A stretch of DNA of 62,504 nt, the filler included, from Catajapyx aquilonaris (lineage: Eukaryota), in assembly GCA_000934665.2 (NCBI GenBank). It is 2 parts of 2 records of this genome, joined end to end, with 100 filler letters (N's around TTAATTAATTAA, not from the genome) between each part and the next. Parts side by side here need not be neighbours in the genome. Positions count along the whole stretch, not along the records: positions 1 to 31,145 come from JYFJ02004578.1; 1 more part is not named here. One strand, given 5' to 3'. The position numbers and the translations under genes are program-made. This document shows positions 11,733 to 25,692 of the stretch, piece by piece. Within the stretch, counting starts at the first letter, position 1; each line of letters begins with the position of its first letter. The notes under the pieces were generated by a model that was not told the DNA's origin, ran no database searches, and saw only the letters and a list, made by a program, of their open reading frames with translations.

Positions 11733-14700
11733 TTTCTACAATGTTCTGCCCTGGTTCTGCAAAGAATTGATCAAACTTGCAGTAAACAAAGTGTTGCCAA
11801 CTCAATCCAAATGCCTCGGCAACCTGCGAATATTCCATCAAGTGCTGAAGTGGCCCTTGCCAATGTCGAGTCCTCATGTGTTGTAAAATTAGTGTCAAGG
11901 CTCACATTAGATTCTTAGCAAGTGTGATTTAAACTGATCCATAGAGAAACACAGTTAGTCATGTAAAGATGCTTTGGCACGTACAGTACTGTGCACAAGC
12001 TGGAAATGGGACTAGGGAAAAAGGCATACATAATGAGACATGTAGAAATTTAATGATTTAAAACTCATCTATTTCATTGCAAATGGTGTTACAACTTGGC
12101 ACAATCATGACCTGCAATATTTACTAGCCATATATGTTAACAATTTGTCAAGAGACATAATCTAAAGCTTACAACAAAACTCAACAGGAGATTGTTACTC
12201 TAATACTGTGATCATTTTATGGTTTTAAATATTTTTTCCCCTCACTTGCGTTCAGGTATTTTTATTTATTTATTTATTTGCTGGCAGTATACAGCTGCAG
12301 TATGATTTATTTTTTTTCCTTGCAGTTATCGTTTAAACCGTTTCCCAGTGCGACTGCAAAAGGCCATCAAGCAGCTTCAGATTGTCATGGATCCCCCTAA
12401 CCACAATAAAAAGACACCCCATCCGTTCTATTCCATTTCAGGCTCTGGTGACTCGACGAATACAAAACCTCGCCGTATATATTTTTCTATCAAGGGAATA
12501 AATGCAACTGTGAGCAGTCTTTTGCCACTTGGGTAATTTACTCTTTATCCAACAAAAACAAAACAACAAACGCTCTGCTAACCCCACTACCCCCTTTGAA
12601 ATGTCAGACTCCCCCCCAACCCCACCCTCATGACGCTACAGTAAAAACCACACTGAAGACGCACTTTAAAGTGCACCCTGGAAAATATTTAGCCCACCCA
12701 CCCCTGACCCTGCCACCATTAAACTACAAGCTTGGATCTTGGAGACAAAAATAATAAAACCTGCAGATAACAACCTCAGATAGCTCTGGTTTTCAACAGC
12801 ACTCAGTTCAAAATCAGTTTTTTTTTTAAAGAGTTGGTAAATGCAACGCTTCACATTATCACATGACACCCTGCAAAACATGGATAGAGGAAAAAACAAA
12901 CATTTCCCGCCTACGACCAAACGACAGATGACTTCCACCAAAACAACAGAAACAACAGGCTTTTTTTAAAACCACACCAACTACTACTGGCCCACCCATC
13001 ACTTTATATGTATCATAATATATATGTCATTTTTTATCCAAGCCTGCAATATACTGTATCTCCCGTTCCCAAGCCGCAAAATAACAGGACGGTTCGAAGA
13101 TCCAACCCCCTACCCTCCCCCCAAACCCATCCCCACCCTACCCTCCCCAAAAATCCCAAAACTAAGGAAAAAAGTTCATTTTTCATTGGATGAGCATTTC
13201 GGTACGAGTGTAATACTGTTGGGACTTTGTCACTCTCTCACTCATTATTCTCTCATTGCCAGTCGGAAAGAGCCATAGAAATCCCTGAGCTATGAAGGAA
13301 AAGGCTCTTTATGCACGTTCCACATTCCGCCAAAGCAACGTTCGCTTAACTCCCTATCACCATTAAGTCAAAAAGTTAAGTCAAGCTCCTTTTTTTTCTT
13401 CACATAACCAAAAATAAAAAAGTAGCCCTATAAGTCCAGTGCTACTCTATGGATAGACTTGATTGCATGTCGACATCAGTGAACAACAATAAAATGTTCA
13501 AACACAAAAATTAATAATTTTCATCCCTTCCACATGATGAAATTTGCAAACAAGCCCTGAACATTGCAAATAAAATTGAAACTCTCCTACAGGGCTGTAC
13601 CAGAACAAGTGCAAACAACGTCGCAAACTGCAATTGCAGTAGCACAAATTATATCAACAATAGCCTAAACAATAAACATGGCATTATAAATATTGTGAAC
13701 TTAAAAATGCACGCATAGCCATCAGGATTAATCCTCCACACATACAAACTCTTTATCTGCAAACATCCTCCCAACATTGTGTAAAAGGTACCAACATTCT
13801 TCGCACCTTTTTTTGGCAAAAAAGTACGGTTCTTGTGTAGTTAGATTCATTTTAAATGTTTTGTTGTAGTTTCAAGTTGATCTTAACATTACATCTATTA
13901 TTGTTCTTAAAATCTACCGAAAAATCACACGAGTGGTAATAATATCTAGCCCATATACAGTGTGTTCTTTTTTGGTTTGCAACCAGCAATCATTTTTAAC
14001 ATTGTTTTTTTCATACAAATCCCTGCATTATGTCTAGTACAAAAAGAAATGAGGAAATTTCTGACCAATTGCGAGGAAATCTTTTTTTTCTTCTTCCTAG
14101 TCTCTATAAGGAACCGCAGAAAGCTGGATTTTATTAATTTCTTCAAAAGCCACGGACTAGATTCTAAAAATTGGGTCACAAAATTAACTGGTTGGGAACA
14201 ACTTTTGGGTCAGCTACTGTACTACAAAATTACTGGTCTCGTCCAGGGGGACTATTAGGTAGAAATTTTTACCAGATTGGATTATTAATATTTTTTAGTC
14301 CCCCCTGTCCATTTTTGAATCATCAACTATTTAAAAAAAGTTAATCTACAGTAGTCAATATATGAACCAGGGAACACTTGAGGTGGAACTATATATTACT
14401 TGTCTTGGTATTTTTTTTGCGGGGGTTGTTTTTCTCAAAAGTTCAAAAAGTTCGAGATGAAAAGTTCAACGAGCCATATTCCCAAAACGGCCCCCAACAA
14501 TGCAAAATTCGCCCCAAGATCTAGTACATGGCTCTGCATTGTCGCCAACCTGTGGCAGGCAAATATTCAAATCACCAACTGAATAAAAGTGTTAAAAAAA
14601 ATGTACTGTATAACAATTCCATTGTTTCAAGCTTGACAACAATGGCTCGCAGTTCACAATCCTACGCCACCTGCACACGATCATGCTCCAATATACTTGT

Positions 14701-14925
14701 TTAGATTTTGCGGTAATATAATCTCTCTTTACAACACAGGCCAAACAGTTCATTACATAAGGTAAAATGTAGTTACTCCTCATTATGCATGTTGCATATC
14801 CTAATAACAAGAAAGCTTCTTAAAATTTAAATGTTACTAGCGGTTCTGTTCACTGAACAAGACAGCTCTCATGGGGATTATGACTTTGGCCTGACATCAT
14901 AACTTGAAGTACCTGTCCCTTAGGC

Positions 14926-14954
14926 CAGTGTTTCTCAAACTTTGAGAACCACTG
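14926..14954. mobile_element. Minimal hAT/Charlie-like remnant (two TIRs only)
   Basis: cagtgtttctcaaa/tttgagaaccactg flanked by near-identical 8-mers ccttaggc and ctctaggc. Confidence 0.5.
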
Positions 14955-15441
14955 CTCTAGGCAAACATCGAAACGTAAAAGGAACAAACCCTCCGTGCAA
15001 TTTATTGGCATTCCTAATTCTCTCAAAAACCCATAAATATCCAGCAAAAATAGGGCTAATATATTTTCTGTTAGTTTGGCATCTGAAAGACAGGTAGAAT
15101 TCCCATGAGGAACACCACAAGTGCCAGCTAATTACCACCTTCGTATAGTTCAGAGTGGTATTGCAAATATTTCACAAAATCACATGGCAGTGGCTGGTAC
15201 ATCATATTATTCAGCAGCATCATGGCAATTATTCCATGAAGCCATCACAATAATAAACCTTTTGTCAGGAACAAAAAAATCACTAAAATCGTCAACATTC
15301 TGCACAGCCACGCAGAATAACCTGTGCCCATACTGGAATTACATAACTGAAATGATGCTTCTCCCACATTTGAGTTTTGCTAGCATAAGATCTGATAAGA
15401 TCGTGTGCAGGAGACATCTTTCCCCTACCCTGAACTCCACC

Positions 15442-18400
15442 TTAACTGGAGCTCTGCTTCATTTTCCTCTGCATGGTCCTCGTCTCCTGCACAGCGGCTA
15501 CTATGGTCCTCACAGCTTCCTCGTGTCCCTCAAAGCTGTCCGCCTTTTTGATGGCTGGAGTGGCCTTCACCTGAAAGCTCCCCTGGAAATCATCTGGATT
15601 CAGATAGGGACGTGGACTCAACTGCTGCTGCTCACTGCTGGAACCACCACCACCCCTGCTACCAGACGCTCCGGCCACTGTCACAGATGCCATTGCCGAT
15701 GCTGACGAGCTTGGTCTACTGGTTGTCACTGGGAGGAAGCTCTCCCAAGAGCTCTGTTTTTGAAGGGCCTGCAGATGTTACGTGAATATTAATGCCAATA
15801 TCTCTCCGCAAATGGAATGACAGTTCTTATACACAGCATGTGCAACAATGGCCAAAGATGCAAAAATGATCTCTTCGTACAAGGGCATTTGAAACTTTGT
15901 GGCTGAGCCCCCCTCCCCTTAATCTTCCCTTCCCTGTACCCTCCAGCAGAGCCTGTTTTCCCTGCTACTCCCAACAGCAGATCCCCAATCCCATTCCAGC
16001 AGGGAGTCCACAACACTTAATTACTCGGTGATCGAAATGCGATTCCTTATATCATCCCTGTTCATCATGCAGTTCATAACACAATTGAATTGAAATTGAT
16101 AATGCTCAAAAAATGAACTGCCCATAACAATCATGTAACACTTCCCACATCCTTGCCTCACCTTCTGATGGTGGTGATAGTGATGATGCTGAGGAGCAAC
16201 CTTGACGCTAATGATAGATCGCCTGTCAAAATCCAGATCTGATCGCTGGCTGGCCCCTGACGTGGAGCTGAGGCTGAGGCTCTCACAGGAGCTAGTCTTG
16301 GCCGCTGCTCCAAACACCTGAAGGTCCTCACCTCGAAGGAAGGCGCGCACAGGGGAGGACCGGGCTGAGGCCGACGATGTTGGCACATGGTGAGGGTGGT
16401 GATGGTGATGAGAGGAGGATGGCTCATGATGGATCTCCCCCACAACTATACTGCGGCGGGCTGGGATTTGTTGATACTCATCCTCTGAGGTGCTGCGCTC
16501 AGCTGCCGAGTCGTCCCCGCCGCCGCCACCCTCCCGACCTTCCCGCCCGAAGCGCATCATTCGGCCTACTGTCCGACCCATGTCGTGGATCTTCTCCTTT
16601 ATTTGGTTAAAGCAATAAAAAAAGAGCAAGGAATAGGGGTGTGCGAGAAGGAACCCATTTTTCTGAGTTACTGACAAGAGCCAAATTTGTAAAGCATAAT
16701 GATGCATAGTCTCAGAGAGAGCCAATTCCTTTCGAGTACAACCCATGCTCCGAACTGTCTTGGAGTCGGAAGCCTGGTACAAATTTTAATCCTTGCAAAA
16801 CTCCCATTACTTCTCACTCTTTGGCCACAACTTAACCCCTGTTAATTTCATGCTGTAATTTAAAATGAAATATTAAGCAAGTATTGCATATGATTTATCC
16901 ACATGTTGAAACATAAATCAATTAAAATAACTGCTTAACTTAATGGTGTGATTATGTACATAGCAAGAGTCATGAGTGGTACTTGTCATGTGTACCTTTG
17001 TGTGTATTAGATAGCTCCCACTTCTTATGCACAAACCACACCACATGGCAATTGAACTACTGAAAAATAGTTACTGCAATATTCTTCCATGGATATTTAG
17101 TAATACACAGCCTTAAGGTTACTCCTATTCTATAGCACAACAAAACTGGCATCCCTACAATAATCACAATATCACTGATTGCCGATATGATATGACGGCA
17201 TCCCCAAATGGCTGATGAATGCCATGGGCATGCAGCCATGCACTAGTGCATAACTACTCACAACACTGGTATTGATATGCAAGCAATTTACTTGAGATCC
17301 TACTCCACTACCTACGAAGGGGCACTCTGGCATCTAAATACTGATTACCTACGACTGCAGTTCCAATATTGCACATGGCAAGTGATGAGCAATCTTGTGG
17401 AGGTTAAAAAAAACAAACATTTCAGACAAGACTGGAGTGTGACAAGATTACAGAAGTACCTGAAGTGCTTAAAAAGAATTGGAAGACAAAATGTGAATGT
17501 AATAAATTTAAAAATCTTGCTGTCCATAAATTTGCTTTGCTGCGCTTCCCTATAAGTTTCAGCCGAGATTGTAGCTAATAATACGAGAAGTGCAAACGAA
17601 ATTCAAAATCACTTGTGACAGAATTGACAGACTTGTGACAGATTGACGTGACTTCAATTGTCAAATGGTCACAGTAAGGTGGAAGGCACAGTAATCTTTG
17701 GTAACAAGCAACAAATTTTAGAAGTTAAATCATTTTCACTAAAACATATGTCTGCGACCTACTAAGAGCTGGTTTCATGATTGATGGTAACTCTGGAATG
17801 AGTGGCTGAGTGGTCTTTTGAGCTCCGGATGATATTTGTCACAATGTCCACAAAATAAACTGGATGTCGCAGCAAAACCAACCCTTGGACTCCTTTGTAT
17901 GGGAATGTAAAGAAAGTAGGAATAGACAGTGCTGTGTGAATAATCACAGAGAATGGATAGTGTTCATAAATGGTGGATGGGTTATTGTTATGGCTGTGTG
18001 AAGGGGTAAATTGCCCACTCTACATTCCTAGTAACAACTTACTTTGTCTAACTACAGGGAGTCCTACAGACACAAAACAGTTGGCACAATCAAAGGCTCA
18101 AGCACACTGAGGCACACTCTAAAAAAAGCAAGGTGTACTCGAAGGGGCAGTGTGTTTCAGACGCGGAATGTGGAGAACTCGCACACCCCTACCTTCAGGT
18201 GCTCCAGTTCTCCCTGCTGCTGCTGCGATGATGATGGCGGCGGCGGAGGAGGAGGTGGAGGCGGTGGCGGCGGTGGAGGAGCAGGCGACTTCCTTGCCAG
18301 TGACTGGTATATGCTTGAGATCCTTGACCCTTCCTTCTGCACCTTCACCATTGATGTCTCCAGCTGGCCAGCACTCCGTGCTCTCAGCACTTTGGACATT

Positions 18401-19695
18401 CTTGATGGCCCAGGCTTCTCCTCGTCACTCTTGCTGCCTGTCCCCTTATCATCAGTTGGCACCACAATCTTTGGGTCTGTCATTGCTCGCCTCTCCCTGC
18501 GCAGCTCCTGGAATGTCCTCTGTGGCTGCTGCTGCTGCTGCTGCGTTTGCTGTTGCTGCTGCTGCTGCTCTGGGGGCTGTCCATAATGATGATGGTGGTG
18601 ATGATGGTGGAAGTGATGGTCCTGTGACTTCTTCTTGTCCTCCTTAGGGCGAACCCGATCAATAAGCTGGCTCAGGACACTGCGCTTCATCTCCTTCTCT
18701 GGGGCCCCTGAATCATCAGCTACAATAGCCTGGTCAGCCTGAAGTTTCTTGTCACGTCTGCCACTGCGGCGAATGGCACCTGTTGCAATGGAGAAACCAT
18801 CCTCCTTGTCCCTGCCATCTGCACAAACACAAAAAAGAACAGAAGATTGACGGATCATTAGTATGTACTAGATGCTGAAAGAAATGTGCCTCTTGCATGG
18901 GAAAGCTCTCGGCCATACTATACTTCACTCATAACACCTCATTCTATGACTCACCCTTAGGAGTCCCCTTCTCATCCGAGGGTGAAATGAGTCCCTGTGT
19001 CCCATCCTGAGTTGTTCTGTGGTCATCTCTGGCTCCATCAAGAAGACCTCCTCCTCCCCCTTCCAAACTCTGTATCTGCTGGATTGATTCCATGAGAGAG
19101 GCCACTGACTTCATGTAGGACTCAAGCTGATGGGCCTTGGCTAGAAGCTGCTTGGTCTCATTCTTGAGGGTCATCAGGTCATTGGCCTGCGACTGGAATA
19201 TATCCTGCTCTGTGCGAACCCTGTTCATCTGCTCCTCCCAGCTGGTATCAAAGGCTTTGCGCAAACGTTCCAGCTCTGACTGTTGCTTCTGAAGGGTCTC
19301 TTCTAGAGACACACAGTCGGAAATTATTCCCTCCACACGACTTGAATGGGCAAAGCACTGGCGGATCTTCACATCACGATGCAGCTCCTGCACCTCTGTT
19401 TTCAGCTTCTCCAGTCGCTGAACTGCTTCCTATAACAGGAAGTTATGGCGTTATGACTTTCACAACACCCTCAATAAGTTGACGATATGTGACTATAATA
19501 ATTATGCGGGTAATAATATTTTAAAAATCAGGTTTATACAGGGTGGTCGTTAAATGGAGCACAAGCTTCACGTAGCGAGATTCCTTGTGAAAAACCTGTA
19601 ATTTGGAAGTGAAGGTCCGAATGCCATACGGTGCGTGGTTAGGGCTCACTAGGCCTCCAAAAGTTGGAGCCAAATAATGACGTCCTATCTGCCAG

Positions 19696-19734
<39 letters not shown>

Positions 19735-19746
19735 ATGATGATAACG

Positions 19747-19818
<72 letters not shown>

Positions 19819-22800
19819 GATACCCCATGATAGGCCTCCTTGGGGCTCTTAGGGGATCATCTTTTAAATACCTGTCTTTAATCATTGACTGCGCTGTGAT
19901 GGATTTTGATTGTGGGAGGAAACGGGAGAACCCCGAGAAAACCCACGCGAACACGAAGAGAACCCACTGAACCTCTACCCACAGAAGTATCCTTCGTCCG
20001 ACCCGGGGATCGAACTCGGGATCTCAGAGGTGGAAGGCTGTGGCGCTAGCCACTTCGCCACCATGTTGCCCGGTGCTTTGCCAGGTGTTGCCATAATTTA
20101 TTATGTTGGCAAGGGTTGCCAGGTGTTGCCATGCCACCATCCCCCCACCCCTTCCCACCCAACCCTCTTAAACCTTATAAACAACCGGGAATGTGGGGGA
20201 TGGTGGCAACCCCTGTCAACATTATTTTGGCAACCCCTGTCAACATTTGGCAACACCTGGCAACGCACCGCATACAGTAGCCATACGGTAGTGTTTGAAT
20301 TTCGTGGGCAGATGCGATAGCATCATGAGGTTCCAAATTTCAGAGGCCTTGTGAGCCCTAACCACGAATCGTAGGGCATTTGAACATTCACTTCCATATA
20401 CTGGATTTTCATTTCACAAGGAATCTCACTAGGTGAAGGTTGTGCGCCATTTACTGACCCCCTTGTATGCCAAATTGCAGAATCATTCCTTTTCTTATTT
20501 CCATTTAAAAACCCATTGTGGTCATGCAGTTCAACAGCCGAAACAAATGCAAATAATACTTCAGTACTAAAATGACTGTGTTACTCACCCTGTACTGCCC
20601 CTCAAATGTGCGGCAATGACTAGGAAAGGGTCCTTCCCCATCAACCAACTTAAGCCGATGTACACTCTGCTGCTTCCTGGCAGCCAGCTGTGACATAACT
20701 GTCTGCTTGGCCACTGCCATGGTATGGTAGAGGCCATCTCCCATATGCTGTCCCCCTCCCCCACCAACACCATCTGCAACTAGGCCTATCCGAGCTGCAC
20801 CATCTCTCCACGCCTTCCCAGTCACCCATGGCTCAAGGGTGCGTGCTATCTCAGTCTTGTAGTTGGTACGTATGTGGCTTCCCTGGGTTGGTCTGGGAAG
20901 GCCAGGGAGGAAGGAGTGTCATCAATCAATCACACATGGTGGCAGCACAGGGCCTTGGAATCACAGGGAAGGGCTTCTTCATCTACTCTCACAAGCATCC
21001 TGGGGTAGGTTGCTAAAAACCTAATCTTAAAAATAAAATTAAAAACTTGTAAATCCTCAACATTTTTTTCAAAATAAGGAACTTCTGTATGATGTGAGTT
21101 CAATGCATAACAATTGCAAATGTACACACGTTATATACACACTAGTTAAAATCCACAAATGTGAGAGGTACTAATGAACCCCTAGCATTTAATTGCAGCA
21201 ATAAACCCACATTTCCCCAGTTCTGAGAGCGCCAAATGAAGCAGACATCCCACTTATCTAAAGCCCTGTGCACCACATCTTTTTTTTTTCCAGCCAACAA
21301 TAACTGCAAACTATACTGCAAATACTAGCAACAACTCTCCCCCTCACCCCCCATCCCTAACCCATTCTTCAACCAACTTAACACCACCCTTGCAAAAAAA
21401 AAACCACCCAAAAAACAAACAAGCTTTATCTTATGTCCTGTACTACCTGACTGGATAGTCCATTCGGGCAAGTGTTCCCAGCCGCTCGATCAAGGGGTAA
21501 ACCAGTTCTAGGAATTCGTATTTGGAAGCCGAACTGAGGAAGGAGGTGCACACCATGAGGTGCGTCTGGATTGTTAAGAGGAGGGTCCCCAGGCTAGAGA
21601 GCTGGCTACGGAATGTCCTATCCTTTGCATCGAATTGGCTGGAAAGAGGGGGGAGGAGGCATTACCACCATCGAATATCACCCCCTTTCCCAGGTGATGC
21701 CCCACATAATGTGTACAAATTCAAAAATAGGCTTTTACTAATAAAAATGAAAATGAAGCAAAGGAGACCTTTCAAAATGGCTTAAACTGCTGTCAAACTG
21801 GCCATACCTGCATCTCTCTTACACATCACAAAGTTGTAACCTAATTTTCAGACATGTTTTCTGTATGGTTCCCAAACTCTTAACTTGCTCTTACACTGTG
21901 TATGGTTATTCAAAAGGTTGTGCACAAACTTAAGGCGCGTAGAAAGTGGTCCAAATAGGACAAGTGATCAATGACAATGGGCACTTGAATAATTGATGTC
22001 CTATTGCAGAGTTTGAATCATTTACCTTGAAACCATCTCTTTATAATAAAGAAAACTGGCACAATTTCAGTTACAGTTTGAACATTTGAATGGCCTGCTT
22101 TGCAAGTCTTACCCAGGAAAAAATAAGGCATGTGTGGTGCCAACCAAACGTAGCGAAATCAACTGCAAATAAAGGATAGAACAAAAGAGATGAACAAAAA
22201 AAAATTTAAGGAGTTGTATACTAGGATATTTCAGAAATGTGTACAAGCCACACCCCCCAAAAATTAACTTCATTCCTCACCTATCCACCTCCCTCAGCAG
22301 ATTGTCATGTGTCTTCGAGAGCGAAATCTGAATGTTCTGGCACGTGGCAGTGATGGCGCAGCGCTCTGCATCTGCGTTTCTCTTCAGCTCTTCCAGGAGA
22401 GATTTGTACTGAAGGATGCCTGTGTGGACTGAGTTGCGAAGCTCACGAACAGACTGCAAAAGTTTGACCATTAACAAATATCACTCTCTTCAGAACAAAT
22501 CGCTGGGATGTCACACACCATTACAATCATGTACTGTACAAGCACAAAATAAAAGCATTCCTGTTGCAAGGAGCTAATATGTTCACTGTGAACAAGTTAT
22601 GTCACCACTCTGGCATGAATATACAGTACTGTATTATATAGGTTATTTATGTCATACTTTTATGCCACCTTTGTAATTAACTTACATGGACTGCATTACT
22701 GACTTCTCTATTTATAGGAAATATCTTTAGAAAATGTACAGTCCCGAGCATAAAGTTGGAGATGGCAGGGTGCTCTGCCAATCCCTGCCATTACAGTACC

Positions 22801-24078
22801 AAATATACGGTTATAAATACATGGAACACATGCTTAAATCAGCTAACTCGGTCCAAAAAGAGTCAATTAATTTGAGTCAGATACAGGAAGGTCAGAGAAG
22901 GCACGCAGCATCTCCAACTTTATGCTCGGGACTGTACATCTGGGCACACTGGTTTAAAATGATGGAAGGGTAACATTAAAGAATGCAGTTTGGGAGTTCA
23001 TACTAAGCAAAGGTTTCTTTGTGAAAAGTGCCATGTACCATACCATCATGGCTCTGTCCAGCTTCTTGCAGCCCTGGTTGTAGGCAGTGTCTAAGTCCAC
23101 GCACTGTGTCCGGAAGTCTTGCCCTGTTTCTCGGAAGCAGTTGATGCACATCATGCTCTTCTGCTTGGTGGAGAACATGATGAATTGCTCCCCATGGTGG
23201 GGACACTTCTTGCTCATTTCCTTAGTGTGTTTAGACATATGGATTATGTCATGGGCAGAAAACATCTTGGCACGGTGCGTTTCATCACGACAGTTGGAGC
23301 ACAGGGCTTGCCCTGTAATTAGTCCAAGTTTTCTTTAAGTTACATTTTGTTTGATTTGGGAATTTCAAGATACGAGCGAAAAGTGAAGTACATGAGAACT
23401 TCTAACTCAAACATACATTAAGTCAAAGTCCCCTTTGAGTAAAAATTGCAACATTGGCAGTAACAATGCAAAGTAATAAGAATTCAACTCATTTCACAGT
23501 GTAGGGGCCTGCACACCCTACTCATGTAAATCTCAAGTAATATTACCACTGACTTTTAATGTGAACTTTAAAAGACCTACACTAAATTTTCATTCATACC
23601 CCAATATTTGAGGTGAGCCAAGCTAAAACCTTTGTGCAACAATTGAACAAATGTACGAAATTCAACGTACCACAGGTATTGCAGAAAAACATCCTAGTCT
23701 TTTCAGCCTTATCGCAGTTGGCACAAGACGGTTGCTGATCTTTGGTCACATCCATCAGGAACCTTAGAAGTGGGTCGGGTGGCGGCAAATTGTTCCCATC
23801 TTTCAGTGGTGTCTGCTTCCTACATGTTTAAGTAAGAAAACAATAACAAATAATCTCATTCAACTGCACAGCAGTACTTACCCACAGAGTGGGCACTGAA
23901 TCTGCCCTTCTGTGGCCCTCCCATGAAGGCACCGGGCACAAAAAGTGTGGCAACAGGCCATAAGGCATGGGTCCTCATATGGCTCATTGCACACAACACA
24001 CACCAGAGGATTCCGAGCACACTGCTCCAGTGCTTCTGGGTCTGGGGTGCCCATGCCGCCGTGGAAGCCACCGGACAT
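15442..24078 (-). CDS. RNF207: RING finger protein 207 homologue (~1048 aa); exons 24078-23882, 23819-23671, 23312-23044, 22453-22281, 21638-21447, 20892-20589, 19429-18955, 18818-18193, 16596-16162, 15768-15442
   Basis: RING (NPLVCVVC...CCHTFCARC...CPLC), B-box (CANC...FFCNTCGQALC..C.DETHRAKMFSAHDII), CINCFR, coiled coils, GPFPSHCRTFE and VQELHRDV...WEEQ motifs; all junctions GT-AG and in phase. The acceptor at 16596 is the least certain. Confidence 0.9.
19539..20465. mobile_element. Tc1/mariner-type MITE with ~135-bp degenerate TIRs, hosting a SINE
   Basis: TA|cagggtggtcgttaaatgg...gtggttagggctcac and the inverse gtgagccctaaccac...ccatttactgacccccttg|TA. Confidence 0.7.
19698..20070 (-). 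mobile_element. tRNA-derived SINE family 1 (V-domain-like core) with microsatellite tail
   Basis: A box TGGCGAAGTGG, B box GTTCGATCC, core gtgggttttctcggggttctcccgtttcctcccaca, (TTA)n tail; tgccaggt direct repeat on both flanks; second copy at 45814-46120. Confidence 0.85.
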
Positions 24079-24640
24079 GGCCGCTCCTTTACTTGGTCGT
24101 GGAATGGTTGCTTCTTTTTCCTCCCCCCTTCCAAATAACCAGACCCTCCTGCACCTCCCTGGGACTCCTCTTCAGTTTAGCAGAGCTGGTGTGGGGGTGG
24201 GGCTAGGGGTCTGGTTCAACTCAACTGAACCAGAATGGTTGTGGCACATGAGGAATCCTTTTGGGCACATGTACAGGGTAGTAAGGCATGATCCCTGTTG
24301 GCAAAAAGAAAGGGCACTGTCAGAAAGCCTTCATAATAAAACATTCGAGTGAAACTTCAGTGTGGTATGCAATACAGGTACTACCAGTTTTAGGCTGGGA
24401 ATTGGTTCCAGCAACACAGCAAATTAATCTGCATAAAATGAGACAAAATCACTGTGAGTAAATGAGATAGGTTTCAAAATTTTCACACTGAGAGTATCAA
24501 TATTGCATTTTTTAATGCGGAAAATTTGAAACATTTAATACCGTCTAATGGAAAGTTCCTGGTTGAAGGTCATCGTGTTCTGAAGGTTCCTTTCCCTTCA
24601 TTATCAAGATAGCACATACAATTACTGACATTCTACGATA

Positions 24641-24993
24641 CAGTTGAGAATCCTTTATCCGAACTTATGAAATCCAAAAATCTCCAAAATCCGAAAGTTT
24701 TTTGAGTGCTGACATGACACATCACAAATAATGGAAAATTCCATGTGAGTGTGACATTACCTGCATCTGCAAGTATTTAAAAAACAATTTAAAATGTATA
24801 TGAAACTACCTACAGGGTTTGTGTATAACATCTATTAAGAAATGTAAATGGATATTGTGTAATATCATTAATCCCATCCCAAATCCGTCCCATTTTATAG
24901 ATGCAAATACACGTCTATATTCTGAAATCCGAAAAAATCAGAATTGCGAAAAACTGCCAGTCTCAAGCATTTCGGATCAAGGATTCTCAACTG
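24641..24993. mobile_element. pogo/Tigger MITE resembling Tigger4 (Zombi)
   Basis: TA|cagttgagaatcctttatccgaa ... ttcggatcaaggattctcaactg|TA, with repeated tccgaaa subterminal motifs. Confidence 0.8.
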
Positions 24994-25149
24994 TAATTTA
25001 AAAAATTACAACTGCGCACTGTGATCTTGTCATATTTTCAGACAAACCAAATAAAAAACACAACCTTATTGCAATGTGATGATGTGAAGCAGAATGGCAC
25101 ATTAGGTGTCACAAGCATTAAGAAGTCAATGTTTTCAAATACACTATAC

Positions 25150-25692
25150 CAAGACTATACTCCCAATTATCCTGGTGCGGATAATCCACGCAACGCCAAA
25201 AAATACATTTTAAAATTAAAGTTGGAAAAAAGGGTCTAATTTTCGTCCCACTGCTGACTTAGCAGTACCAGTGCAAATTAAGCCATTTATGCCTAAGGTT
25301 GAAATTTTTGAATTCCTATAGGTTACCCAGAAATATCCAAGGAAGTGGGATATAAATAACTCCCACGTGAAGGGCCGTTCCAATAATGGAACGCTAGGCA
25401 TAAATGGGTTAAGTTAGCAGTAACTAGCAGTGGGACGAAAATTCGACCTACTGTCAATATGTCTCGCCAATGAAGAAATATAACACTTTTTCTAGAAGAC
25501 AAAGTATAAATCTATGGTACGTTTTATTATTTTGATTAAATCAAGCAGAATACTCTCTGTACAGTAGTACATTAAAAATCTGTGAATATCTCATTTTTAC
25601 AATTTCTATGACAATTTTTTCGATTATCTGTGTTTTTCGATTATCCGGCGTCACCCATGCAGCCATTACCCCGGATACTCGGGAGTACAGTG
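25150..25692. mobile_element. Nested MITE cluster: pogo-like (attatcc/ggataat) host containing a ttttcgtcccactgct hairpin MITE, which contains a TTAA-flanked piggyBac-like MITE
   Basis: Inverted pairs ttttcgtcccactgct/agcagtgggacgaaaa (~25240-25441) and ccatttatgccta/taggcataaatggg (~25283-25408) with TTAA flanks. Confidence 0.6.

Noticed and set aside
19990..20070. tRNA genes (also ~28050, 45080, 46080, 59270, 60140, 61760)
   Set aside because: A/B boxes are present, but they run into SINE bodies with tails/TSDs and lack complete cloverleaves.
20930..21012. Acceptor at ~21012 for an RNF207 exon
   Set aside because: All frames hit stops; the acceptor at 20892 restores the conserved RPTQGSHI..EIARTLEP segment.
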